This document shows, in pieces, positions 44,367 through 52,216 of a DNA stretch of 64,000 nt. This stretch comes from an uncultured Acidimicrobiales bacterium. Its GTDB lineage: Bacteria; Actinomycetota; Acidimicrobiia; Acidimicrobiales; SHLQ01. Both the position numbers and the translations under genes were made by a program. The number at the start of each line of letters is the position of its first letter. The stretch's first letter is position 1. A model generated the notes under the pieces. That model ran no database searches. It was not told where the DNA came from and saw only the letters and a program-made list of their open reading frames with translations. The stretch lies in the NCBI GenBank assembly GCA_938038815.1, contig CALHTF010000011.1:33063-97062 (forward strand), read 5' to 3'.

Positions 44367-45482
44367 GTGAACGTTCTGGTTATGGGTGGGTCGGCGTTTA
44401 ATGGCCGGGCACTCGTCAAGGTGCTGCTCGAAGAAGGCCACGAGGTGACGGTGTGCAACCGGGGACGCACGGTGGTTGAACACCCGGGTCCGGTCGCGCT
44501 GCTGGCCGCCGACCGCACCGACCACGATGCGCTGCGGGGTGTACTCGCCGGAACCGAGTGGGACGCCGTGATCGATATGACGGCGTATCACCCCGAAGAT
44601 GTCGAGCTGATGATCGAACTCTTCGAAGGCCGGGTGGGCCACTACATCTACGTCAGCTCGACGGTTACCTACGCCGAGGTGACACCCGATCGGCCCGGGC
44701 CGATCGACGAGTCCTACCCCGACGATCGAGGCCCGAACCAGTACGAATATGGCCTGCACAAACTGCTGGCGGAAGATGCTCTGGTAGCCGCCCATCGAGA
44801 CCGAGGCTTTCCGGGAACCACCGTGTCGCTGTCGATGGTGTTTGGTCCGCACAATGCTTTGCCCGGGCGCGAGCAACGCATGTTCAGCCGGCTGCTGCTG
44901 GGCCGGCCGGTCTTGGTGCCGGGCGACGGCTCGACCCTAGGCATCGTCGGCCATGTCGAAGATCAAGGCCGAGCCTTCGCCGCCCTGTTGGGGGTCGAGG
45001 CATCGTTCGGCAAGCGCTTTAACCTCACCGGCGACGATCCGCACACCGACAACCGGTATGTAGAGGTCTTGGCCGGCGTGGTTGGGGTCAGCCCAGAGGT
45101 AGTGCACATTCCGGCACCGCTCATGGACGACCTGTGGGACAACAAGATCTCACTGACGCGCGACGGCGGTGCCAGGGCGTCGATGGATATCCGCCCGACC
45201 GACGCGGCCATCGACCGCGTGCTGCCGCACCTCCACAAAGGGCCACTCGCCAACCTGATTCAGCGGATCCAACCATCGATTCATCGGTGGAGCAGCGATG
45301 TGGTGTTCGAGGTCGCCGCGCTTAAGGAGGTGACCGGCTGGTCGCCCTCGTTCAACTTTGAGCAAGCGGCCGAACACACCTTCGCCTGGTGGACCGAAGC
45401 CGGCCTGCACCACACCGTCGAGCAAGACTTCACCTACGAAGACGAAATCCTCGCCCTCGTAGCCAACCACGAAAAGATCTGA
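44367..45482 (+). CDS. NAD-dependent epimerase/dehydratase family protein
   Basis: 371 aa. Rossmann motif VLVMGGSAFNGRAL and an extended-SDR YxxxK-type region (YEYGLHK). Confidence 0.85.
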   Translation: MNVLVMGGSAFNGRALVKVLLEEGHEVTVCNRGRTVVEHPGPVALLAADRTDHDALRGVLAGTEWDAVIDMTAYHPEDVELMIELFEGRVGHYIYVSSTVTYAEVTPDRPGPIDESYPDDRGPNQYEYGLHKLLAEDALVAAHRDRGFPGTTVSLSMVFGPHNALPGREQRMFSRLLLGRPVLVPGDGSTLGIVGHVEDQGRAFAALLGVEASFGKRFNLTGDDPHTDNRYVEVLAGVVGVSPEVVHIPAPLMDDLWDNKISLTRDGGARASMDIRPTDAAIDRVLPHLHKGPLANLIQRIQPSIHRWSSDVVFEVAALKEVTGWSPSFNFEQAAEHTFAWWTEAGLHHTVEQDFTYEDEILALVANHEKI

Positions 45483-45491
45483 TCGCCTTTG

Positions 45492-45554
45492 ACGTTCTGA
45501 TTGCAGTTGAACCGCGCTTCGCGGCTCAACTGCAAAAATTTCGGGGCTCGGGGG
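45492..45554 (+). repeat. Intergenic hairpin repeat, copy 1
   Basis: GACGTTCTGATTGCAGTTGAACCGCGCTTCGCGGCTCAACTGCAAAAATTTCGGGGCTCGGGGG. Arms TTGCAGTTGAACCGCG / CGCGGCTCAACTGCAA pair at 15 of 16 positions. It lies between the convergent epimerase and RTX genes. Confidence 0.85.
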
Positions 45555-47123
45555 TTAGCAGTTGATGAGAGTATCGGTGCCGGCACCGCCTCGGCAGGTG
45601 TCGTTTCCGATTCCGCCGTTGAGTAGGTCGGGGCCTTTGCTGCCGCGGAGGATGTCTTTGCCTTGGTCTCCGAAGAGTTTGTCGGTTCCGACATTGCCGT
45701 TGAGGATGTCGTTTCCGGGTCCGCCCCAGAGTTTGTCTTTGCCGGCTTTGCCGTTGAGGATATCGTGACCTGACCCGCCGTGTAGTTGGTCGTTGCCGGC
45801 GTAGCCGCAGATGATGTCGTTGCCGCCGCCGGCGTCGATGATGTCGTCGCCATCGGTGCCCGCGATTCGGTCATCACCATTCGTTGCCAGCGGCAGGTCG
45901 GTTCGACGGGGAAGCACAAGGTCGTGGGTTGCGTATCGGCCCATGCACCTGGGTCGCTGGTACACGGTTACCGAGTTGTGCGACTGCATCACCACGGTTC
46001 GACCGTTCTTCGAGACCACCGCATCGACAAATGAGCGCCAACGATCGTCCTCGCCCAGGTAGTACGACAGGTTGATCTCTTCGCCGGTCTTACGATCGAT
46101 GATGTTCAGACCCGTGGTGGGATCGTTCACGTTTCCGGAGCTGACGATCGGCAGCCAGCGCCCGGTTGCCGATGGTCGGAACACCGCCCCACCGAGGTCG
46201 GAGTTATAGGTGATGCGGGTCGTTTCGCCCGTGGGGATGTCGTAGGTGTACTGGTCGCCGTATTGTCCGGCAGGTTCGACCCGGGGGTCGAGTGTTTTGT
46301 CGTCGGAGGAGAACACGAGCTCGTCGCCCTTCGGGGAGAGGAAGGCTCGATTGACTTCTCCGGTTGTCTCCGGGGTAACGCTTCGGTACGTGTCGGTGGC
46401 CGGGAAGTACAGGAAGGGTTGCTCGCCGAACTCGAAGTTGACCTTGGGTTCGGGGGTGAGATCCGACGACGAACTCACGAACGAGACGACCGACCCGTCG
46501 TCGCTGATCTCCGGACTTCGAGAAATGCCGTCGGATTGCCGAGTGATGTTGTCGGCCTCGCCAGAGACGGCGTCGAACAACAAGATGTCGTAGTACCAAC
46601 GGGGCGCACCGGGAATCACGAAGATGATCTCGGCAACCACGGTCCGATTGTCGGCCGCAACCCGGGCGCTGATGATCCTGACTTGGGCCCACCACGGCGA
46701 AGTGTCAAAGAGTTCGGTGAGGTCGGTGGTTATACCGGTGGCGATCTCATAGGAGTAGACCCGTGACTGGTTTGCCAGCAGGCTCAGATCGAGCAGCAGG
46801 TCGCTAAAGATCAGTCGCGAGGAATCTGGGCTGAAAGAGATCGATCCGGTGTTGAGCAGGATGTTTCGACTTACGTGGGTCGTTTCGCCGGTCTCGATGT
46901 CGTACAGGTACACCTCGGCCAAACCTTGGGCCGTGCCGTAGGCGACGTATCGGCCGTCGCGTGAAACGGCGACCTCGCGGATTCGGTGGGGGAGGATTGG
47001 GGTGACTTCGATAATCCGATCGTCCGAAGCGATCGGGGCTGCTTCGGCCACCGTTTGGCCGGCAGGTAGGCCGGTAGCAGCGACGGCGGCCGCCAGCAGG
47101 GCGACGAGGAATCGGAACAACAT
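45555..47123 (-). CDS. Secreted beta-propeller-like protein with C-terminal RTX (hemolysin-type Ca-binding) repeats
   Basis: Start set at ATG 47123 (MLFRFLVALLAAAVAATGLPAG... signal peptide). The middle region has repetitive blades resembling TolB/WD40-like propellers. The C-terminus carries at least 9 tandem nonapeptides of GGxGxD type (GTDGDDIID AGGGNDIIC GYAGNDQLH GGSGHDILN GKAGKDKLW GGPGNDILN ...). Confidence 0.8.
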   Translation of the reverse strand: MLFRFLVALLAAAVAATGLPAGQTVAEAAPIASDDRIIEVTPILPHRIREVAVSRDGRYVAYGTAQGLAEVYLYDIETGETTHVSRNILLNTGSISFSPDSSRLIFSDLLLDLSLLANQSRVYSYEIATGITTDLTELFDTSPWWAQVRIISARVAADNRTVVAEIIFVIPGAPRWYYDILLFDAVSGEADNITRQSDGISRSPEISDDGSVVSFVSSSSDLTPEPKVNFEFGEQPFLYFPATDTYRSVTPETTGEVNRAFLSPKGDELVFSSDDKTLDPRVEPAGQYGDQYTYDIPTGETTRITYNSDLGGAVFRPSATGRWLPIVSSGNVNDPTTGLNIIDRKTGEEINLSYYLGEDDRWRSFVDAVVSKNGRTVVMQSHNSVTVYQRPRCMGRYATHDLVLPRRTDLPLATNGDDRIAGTDGDDIIDAGGGNDIICGYAGNDQLHGGSGHDILNGKAGKDKLWGGPGNDILNGNVGTDKLFGDQGKDILRGSKGPDLLNGGIGNDTCRGGAGTDTLINC

Positions 47124-47165
47124 GGGGTTCCCGTCGGCTAATCGACCAAAACTTCCACCCAACCC

Positions 47166-47236
47166 ACGTTCTGATTGCCGTTGAACCGCGCCTGGCGGCT
47201 GAACTGCAAAAATTTCGGGGGTCGGGGGTCGGGGGT
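47166..47236 (+). repeat. Intergenic hairpin repeat, copy 2 (with extended G-run tail)
   Basis: ACGTTCTGATTGCCGTTGAACCGCGCCTGGCGGCTGAACTGCAAAAATTTCGGGGGTCGGGGGTCGGGGGT. It is about 90 percent identical to copy 1 over the core, in the same orientation, and lies immediately upstream of the RTX gene start. Confidence 0.85.
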
Positions 47237-47248
47237 AGGGAGTGGGGG

Positions 47249-47527
47249 TTAGAGACCGGCTTGGTTTCTTAGCCAGCGCCACTGGAGGAAGCGGCGGCCT
47301 ACCAACAAGATGTAGATCACCCCGGCGGCAATGATCAACCAACCCAACCAGCCCACCCAGAGCGAGATTGCGTAACCGATGGCGGCGATAAGGACGCCTA
47401 CGAAGGCGTCGGCGGCGAGCACCGACTTCCAGTTGACGGCGAAGGTCGCCTTGCGAGCATGACGGCCCATCGCCCCAAGGTCGAGGGCCTCGATGTCTAC
47501 ATCGGGAAGGTCGGCTGGGTCGGTCAT
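47249..47527 (-). CDS. Small two-TM membrane protein, unknown function
   Basis: 92 aa. Acidic N-terminus, then two hydrophobic helices (VLAADAFVGVLIAAIGYAISLWV, LGWLIIAAGVIYILLV). It starts 12 nt after the stop of the FAD-oxidase gene. Confidence 0.6.
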   Translation of the reverse strand: MTDPADLPDVDIEALDLGAMGRHARKATFAVNWKSVLAADAFVGVLIAAIGYAISLWVGWLGWLIIAAGVIYILLVGRRFLQWRWLRNQAGL

Positions 47528-47539
47528 GCGGTGGGGGTC

Positions 47540-48982
47540 CTAGTTCGGGATGATGGTTCCCATGTTCATGACCCCGTTCGGGTCATAGACCGCCTTGAGC
47601 TTTTCGAGCATCGGGTACGACGTGCCGTACTCGTCCTTCACCCACGGGGCCCGAGCCTTGCCCATGCCATGGTGGTGCACGATCGAGCCGCCATAACGCA
47701 GCGTCTCCTCGACGATGATCGAGATGATTGGCATATAGAGCTCTTCGGTCTCGTTCTCGGGAGCGGTGTCGCCAAGATCGAAGAAGTAGTTGAAGTACAG
47801 GTTCGTGCCGTTGATATAGCTATGGCTCGAATGGCCACCCAACAAGGTGATGCCATCGATCTCGGCCCGAATACGGGGGATCACGGCGTCGTAGATCTTC
47901 TGGATGCTGGTCCAGTCGGCCGAGACTTCGGTGGTCCGGTTGACGTTGCGTTCGTCGCGGATCCGGTTGGCCTCGCGCACGACCTTGGTTTCGTCCCACA
48001 CGAGGTCGTTAAACCACTCGTCGACCAGCCGTGGTTCGATTGGTTTGCAGCCCGGGTGCTTGGCCACGATCTCGCGGATTCCCTCGGCGGTCGCCTCGGC
48101 GATTCGGGCGTTGCCTTCGGTGGTGAAGATGATGGTCACCTCGTCGGGGTCGGCCATGTGCGAGAACTGGAGCTGGCCGTCCTCGTAGTCGTACAGCCGG
48201 GCGACGGCGGGTTTGAATCCAGCCACCATTACCTCGCGCAGCACCTCGAAGCCTTCGGACATTTCCTTGGTGGTCCAGCCGAGGTACTGGTTGTTCTCCG
48301 GCATAAACGGGAACAATTTCACCGTGACTTCGGTGATGTAACACAGCGCGCCTTCGTTGCCGATCACGATGTGGCGAATGTCGGGCCCGGCGGCGCGGCG
48401 GGGGATGCTCTTGATGCGCGACACCTCGCCACCGGCAAACACCACTTCGCAACCGACCACCATGTCTTCGATGCCGCCGTACAGGGTGGAGAGCTGACCT
48501 CGGCTGCGGGTGGCGACCAATCCACCCATGCTGGCGATTGGCTTGGATTGCGGCGAGTGGCCGGTGGTGAGGCCCACCTCGCGGCACGCGTCCTCAAGGG
48601 TTTGGAGCGGCACACCACAGCCGACGGTGGCTTGCATGTTGTAGGGGTCGATGTTGATGATCTCGTCAATCAGCGACCCGTCGACCACGATCGAGCGGTC
48701 GGTTCCGCTTTCGAGGCCGCCTTCGGTCGCGGTACCGCCGGTGCGGGCAACCACGTTGACATCATTGGCATCGGCGAAGGCCAAAATCTTCGACACTTCG
48801 TCGGTCGAGTTCGCCATAACCACGGCCACCGGAAGTTGGCGGGTGTGGGTGTCGAAGATGGTCTGGAGCTTGCGGAAGTGGTCGACACTGGCGAGCTTGA
48901 GCGTGGGTTCGTCGGTGATCACCCGGTCGGTGTCGACGATCTGGCCCAACTGTTCGATGACGGCTTCAGAGGTAAGAGACAT
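47540..48982 (-). CDS. FAD-linked oxidase (GlcD / D-lactate dehydrogenase / alkyl-DHAP synthase-like)
   Basis: 480 aa. FAD_binding_4-type N-terminal half (VVARTGGTATEGG...). The C-terminal HHHGMGKARAPW motif is typical of the vanillyl-alcohol-oxidase-fold FAD-oxidase C domain. Confidence 0.85.
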   Translation of the reverse strand: MSLTSEAVIEQLGQIVDTDRVITDEPTLKLASVDHFRKLQTIFDTHTRQLPVAVVMANSTDEVSKILAFADANDVNVVARTGGTATEGGLESGTDRSIVVDGSLIDEIINIDPYNMQATVGCGVPLQTLEDACREVGLTTGHSPQSKPIASMGGLVATRSRGQLSTLYGGIEDMVVGCEVVFAGGEVSRIKSIPRRAAGPDIRHIVIGNEGALCYITEVTVKLFPFMPENNQYLGWTTKEMSEGFEVLREVMVAGFKPAVARLYDYEDGQLQFSHMADPDEVTIIFTTEGNARIAEATAEGIREIVAKHPGCKPIEPRLVDEWFNDLVWDETKVVREANRIRDERNVNRTTEVSADWTSIQKIYDAVIPRIRAEIDGITLLGGHSSHSYINGTNLYFNYFFDLGDTAPENETEELYMPIISIIVEETLRYGGSIVHHHGMGKARAPWVKDEYGTSYPMLEKLKAVYDPNGVMNMGTIIPN

Positions 48983-48998
48983 GGGTCAACTTTCGGTC

Positions 48999-49035
48999 CA
49001 AACTGAATCAGGTGTCTGACACCTGATTCAGTTTG
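48999..49035. other. Perfect 17-bp inverted repeat with 3-nt loop (terminator/attenuator or operator)
   Basis: CAAACTGAATCAGGTGT ctg ACACCTGATTCAGTTTG. It overlaps the stop codon of the FGGY kinase gene and ends 17 nt upstream of the FAD-oxidase start codon. Confidence 0.7.
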
Positions 49036-50446
49036 CTCGTTGGTAGAACGGGTCGGTGTAGTCGCGGATACCGGGCAAGACCGTAGTGAGGATCTGCCGG
49101 TAGGTCGCGACATTGGTCGGATTCGGGGTGAAGGTTTCGCGGTCGCTGCCCATGGCGGCCGAGGCAGCTTCGATCGATGGGTGGATGCCAACCGCGCTGG
49201 CGGCACACATCGCGGCGCCCAGGCTCGCACCCGACGCGCCGGTGGCTCGAGAGGTCGGTAGGTCGAAAACGTCGGCGAAGATAGTCATGAAGAGGTCGCT
49301 GTTGCTGCCTCCACCCGACAAGACGATGTTGTCGATCGAGGCGCCGACGTCGTCGACCATGGCATCGACATGGGTCTTCATCGTGAGGGCGATCGCCTCA
49401 AGCACCGCCCGGTACAGGTGGCCGCGGGTGTGGCGGGCGTCGAAGCCCAATATGGTGGCCTTGCGGAATGGTTTGTCGGTTGGCGCCAAAAAGTCGAGCA
49501 CCATGACCAAGCCATCGCTGCCGGCCGGAAGGTCGACGGCCTCTTGTTCGAGGTAACGCTCGCGCCCTAGTCCGGAGGCTTCGGCCGCGGCGGCGAACTC
49601 GGGGCCCAACAGGTCGAGCAGCCACGTGAGGGTCCACATGCCGCGCCGGATGCCATTGCTCTCGTAGAGATACACGCCGGGCATGCTGGCGAAGTTGGTC
49701 CAGAAGCTTTTGGTGGCTGGCCGGTTTTCGGCGCCGTGCATCATGGCGGCGATGTAGGTGCCGAGCGAGATCAACACCGTGGAGTGGGCCAACGAACCGG
49801 CCCCCAACATCTCGACCGCTTTGTCGTTGGCGGTCGACACGACCGGGGTTCCTGCAGCGATGCCGGTGGCTGCCGCAGCCGCAGCGGTGATGGTGCCGAT
49901 GATCTCGCCCGGTTGTTGTAGCTCGAAGAGCTTTTCTTGCTTCGTGCCGTGATGGTGGTGGTGCTTGGGGTTGTCGCTCCACCGCCACGTATCGGTGTCG
50001 ATCGGCCACTGCAGTGCAATGTTGTTGGCGGCGGTGTCGATGAACGCCCCGGTCAGGCGGTGGCCGAGGTATCCCGACAGCGTGGTGGCCCAGACAACGT
50101 TGGGATTGTCGGGCGTGTAGGCGGTGTACGCGCGGTCGTCCATCCAGTTGATAACCGGTTCGGTGAGTTGGCCGTCGGTATCGAGGAACGCCTTGCAGCA
50201 CCGGATCGGGCACAGTCCAACGGCGGCGATCTCGACGTCGGGCGCCAGGCTCGACAACGCCTGCTTCGTTGCGGCACAGGTGGCGTCCCACAGGTCGTCG
50301 TCGGGGTGCACGACCACGCCGGGCGTGGGCCGCAGCGTGGGCCGCAGGGTTTGTTGGCCGCGGGCCACTTCGGTGCCGTGTTGATCGAACACCACGACCT
50401 TGGCGCTTTGGGTGCCGCAGTCGATGCCGAGCAGGTACTGGGTCAC
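49028..50446 (-). CDS. FGGY-family carbohydrate kinase (xylulokinase-like)
   Basis: LLGIDCGTQSAKVVVFD N-terminal motif and GGGSNSDLFMTIFADVFDLP C-terminal motif. I set the start at GTG 50446, overlapping the SDR stop (GTGA). The longer track ORF to 50689 overlaps the SDR gene. Confidence 0.88.
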   Translation of the reverse strand: MTQYLLGIDCGTQSAKVVVFDQHGTEVARGQQTLRPTLRPTPGVVVHPDDDLWDATCAATKQALSSLAPDVEIAAVGLCPIRCCKAFLDTDGQLTEPVINWMDDRAYTAYTPDNPNVVWATTLSGYLGHRLTGAFIDTAANNIALQWPIDTDTWRWSDNPKHHHHHGTKQEKLFELQQPGEIIGTITAAAAAATGIAAGTPVVSTANDKAVEMLGAGSLAHSTVLISLGTYIAAMMHGAENRPATKSFWTNFASMPGVYLYESNGIRRGMWTLTWLLDLLGPEFAAAAEASGLGRERYLEQEAVDLPAGSDGLVMVLDFLAPTDKPFRKATILGFDARHTRGHLYRAVLEAIALTMKTHVDAMVDDVGASIDNIVLSGGGSNSDLFMTIFADVFDLPTSRATGASGASLGAAMCAASAVGIHPSIEAASAAMGSDRETFTPNPTNVATYRQILTTVLPGIRDYTDPFYQRAN

Positions 50447-51219
50447 CGGACGAGGTAGCCGCCGTCGACGGCGAGGATGTGGCCGTTGACGTAATCCGAC
50501 GCTTGGCTGGCCAAAAACACCGCGGTACCCATGAGGTCGACTCGTTCGCCCCAGCGTTCGGCTGGGATGTGGTCGAGCACCCGTTGATTGGTTTCGGGGT
50601 TGCCGCGGGTGTTTTCGGTGATCGCCGTGGCGAAGTAGCCCGGGGCGATGCCGTTGACCTGAATGTTGTGCATCGCCAGTTCGTCGCAATACGCCTTGGT
50701 GAGCCCGGCGATGCCGTGCTTTGTGGCGGCGTAGGCGGGGGAGAGGCGTCCGCCAAGAAAGCTGAACATCGAGCAGATGTTGATGATCTTGCCCGAGCGT
50801 TGCGGGATCATCACCTTGGCGGCTTCATGGCTCATCTCGAACGCCGCGGTGAGGTTGACCGCCACGGTGGCATCCCACTTGTCGCGGCCGAAGTCGAGCA
50901 CGTCGTCGAGCGGGCACACGCCGGCGCTGTTGATCAGGATGTCGACCGACCCAAAGGCATCGATACACGAGGCGATGACCTTGGCGGGTTCGCCGTCTTG
51001 GGTGATGTCGGACTCGAGAAAGGCGTACTGCTGCCCGGTCGCCTCGATGAGTTCGGCGGTGGTTCCGTCGTCGTCGGCCAGGCTTGGCACGAACACGTTG
51101 GCGCCGGCGGTGGCGAGTGCGGTGGCAAACCCTTGGCCGAGCCCGGAGTTGCCTCCGGTGACAATCGCCGTCTTGCCGGCGAGGTCGAACCAGTTCATCG
51201 AAAAGTCGGTCAGCGACAT
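50443..51219 (-). CDS. Short-chain dehydrogenase/reductase, KduD (2-deoxy-D-gluconate 3-dehydrogenase)-like
   Basis: 258 aa with TGGNSGLGQG cofactor motif, the catalytic YAATKHG (YxxxK) and the PGYFAT region. Confidence 0.88.
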   Translation of the reverse strand: MSLTDFSMNWFDLAGKTAIVTGGNSGLGQGFATALATAGANVFVPSLADDDGTTAELIEATGQQYAFLESDITQDGEPAKVIASCIDAFGSVDILINSAGVCPLDDVLDFGRDKWDATVAVNLTAAFEMSHEAAKVMIPQRSGKIINICSMFSFLGGRLSPAYAATKHGIAGLTKAYCDELAMHNIQVNGIAPGYFATAITENTRGNPETNQRVLDHIPAERWGERVDLMGTAVFLASQASDYVNGHILAVDGGYLVR

Positions 51220-51293
51220 GGGGCCTCAGGTTAGACGCCGGTTGCCCCAGCGGGGTCGGTGGAGCTTTTTCGACGCCGTTACTTTACATACCT

Positions 51294-51303
51294 GTTAATT
51301 AAC
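51294..51303. promoter_or_regulatory. AT-rich palindrome GTTAATTAAC in the divergent promoter region upstream of the ArsR-family gene
   Basis: A perfect 10-bp palindrome inside ACATACCTGTTAATTAACTAGTAGGTTAACTG, about 20 nt upstream of the ArsR-family ATG. The AT-rich patch is unusual for this high-GC window. Confidence 0.4.
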
Positions 51304-51322
51304 TAGTAGGTTAACTGCCGAG

Positions 51323-51709
51323 ATGACAACCCTTACGCCCGTCGGGCGTGCCGACCGAGAAGACCGACTCGACGAAACCTTTGCTGCGCTGGCCAACTCG
51401 ACCCGCCGCGCCATCTTGGCCCGGCTCGCCAACGGCGAAGCGAACGTCACCGAACTGGCCGAACCGTTCGACATGACCCTGCCGGCGATCTCGCGTCACC
51501 TAAAGGTGCTCGAAGATGCGGGGCTCATCGTCCGAGGGCAACGAGCCCAGTATCGCCCGTGTGCGATCAACGCTGAACCCCTCGAAGAGGTAGCGAACTG
51601 GACCGAGGCGTACCGCCCGGTGTGGGAAGACCGGTTCGACCGGATGGACGCCTACCTCGAAAAAGTCGCCAAACAATCCAACGAAAAAACAGAGAGAGAA
51701 CAACCGTGA
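51323..51709 (+). CDS. ArsR/SmtB-family transcriptional regulator
   Basis: 128 aa. Winged HTH: FAALANSTRRAILARLANGEANVTELAEPFDMTLPAISRHLKVLEDAGLI. Confidence 0.9.
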   Translation: MTTLTPVGRADREDRLDETFAALANSTRRAILARLANGEANVTELAEPFDMTLPAISRHLKVLEDAGLIVRGQRAQYRPCAINAEPLEEVANWTEAYRPVWEDRFDRMDAYLEKVAKQSNEKTEREQP

Positions 51710-51711
51710 GT

Positions 51712-52194
51712 ATGTCCGCAGAAGAATCCATGCGCATCGAGCGCACCGTCGCCGCGCCGATCGACTTGGTGTGGCAAATGTGGACCAAGTCCGAGCACTT
51801 TGCTGCTTGGTACGGGCCGATGGGTGCCGAGATTCCGGTGGCCAACATGGACGTGCAGGTTGGCGGCAAGCGCCACATCTGTATGGCGATGCAAACCCCC
51901 AACGGCCCGATGAAGATGTGGTTTGTGGGCGAGTACCTCGAGATCGAGGAGCCCACTCGTCTCGTCTACACCGAATCGATGTCCGACGAGGACGGCAATG
52001 TCATGTCACCCGCCGATATGGGGATGCCTGAAGGATCGCCCGACACCACCCAGATCGTGGTCGAGCTGACCGCCGCCGGCGATCAGACCAACATGGTGCT
52101 GAGCCACGTGGGTGTGGCTCCCGATTCGCCTGGCGCAGGCGGTTGGGGCATGGCGATCGACAAGCTCGATGCGCTAGCGGTGTCACTCGCGTAA
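51712..52194 (+). CDS. SRPBCC-superfamily (Aha1/START-like) protein
   Basis: 161 aa with RTVAAPIDLVWQMWTKSEHFAAWYGP, typical of Aha1_N/SRPBCC proteins that are commonly paired with ArsR regulators. ATG sits 2 nt after the ArsR stop. Confidence 0.8.
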   Translation: MSAEESMRIERTVAAPIDLVWQMWTKSEHFAAWYGPMGAEIPVANMDVQVGGKRHICMAMQTPNGPMKMWFVGEYLEIEEPTRLVYTESMSDEDGNVMSPADMGMPEGSPDTTQIVVELTAAGDQTNMVLSHVGVAPDSPGAGGWGMAIDKLDALAVSLA

Positions 52195-52216
52195 CACCCG
52201 CCTGAGTGTCCGGCGA

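Noticed and set aside
45492-47236. Whether the hairpin repeats flanking the RTX gene are integron attC sites. The arms contain GTTGAAC and GCTCAAC, which fit GTTRRRY and RYYYAAC.
   Set aside because: The order is inverted relative to attC: GTTRRRY is 5' and RYYYAAC is 3' on either strand. No intI integrase or attI is present in the window, and the third copy is not associated with a cassette-like array.
47459-49006. Long ORFs antisense to or out of frame with well-supported genes. Examples: 47459..49006(+), 1125..2297(-), 11423..12616(-), 40994..42736(-), 14751..15809(-), 49398..50756(-), 50269..51234(+), 56532..57674(-), 21281..22180(+), 33809..34978(+).
   Set aside because: They overlap genes with clear family signatures on the other strand or in another frame. 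Their translations are Arg/Gly/Pro/Ala/His-rich low-information sequence without motifs. This is the usual shadow-ORF artefact of high-GC DNA.
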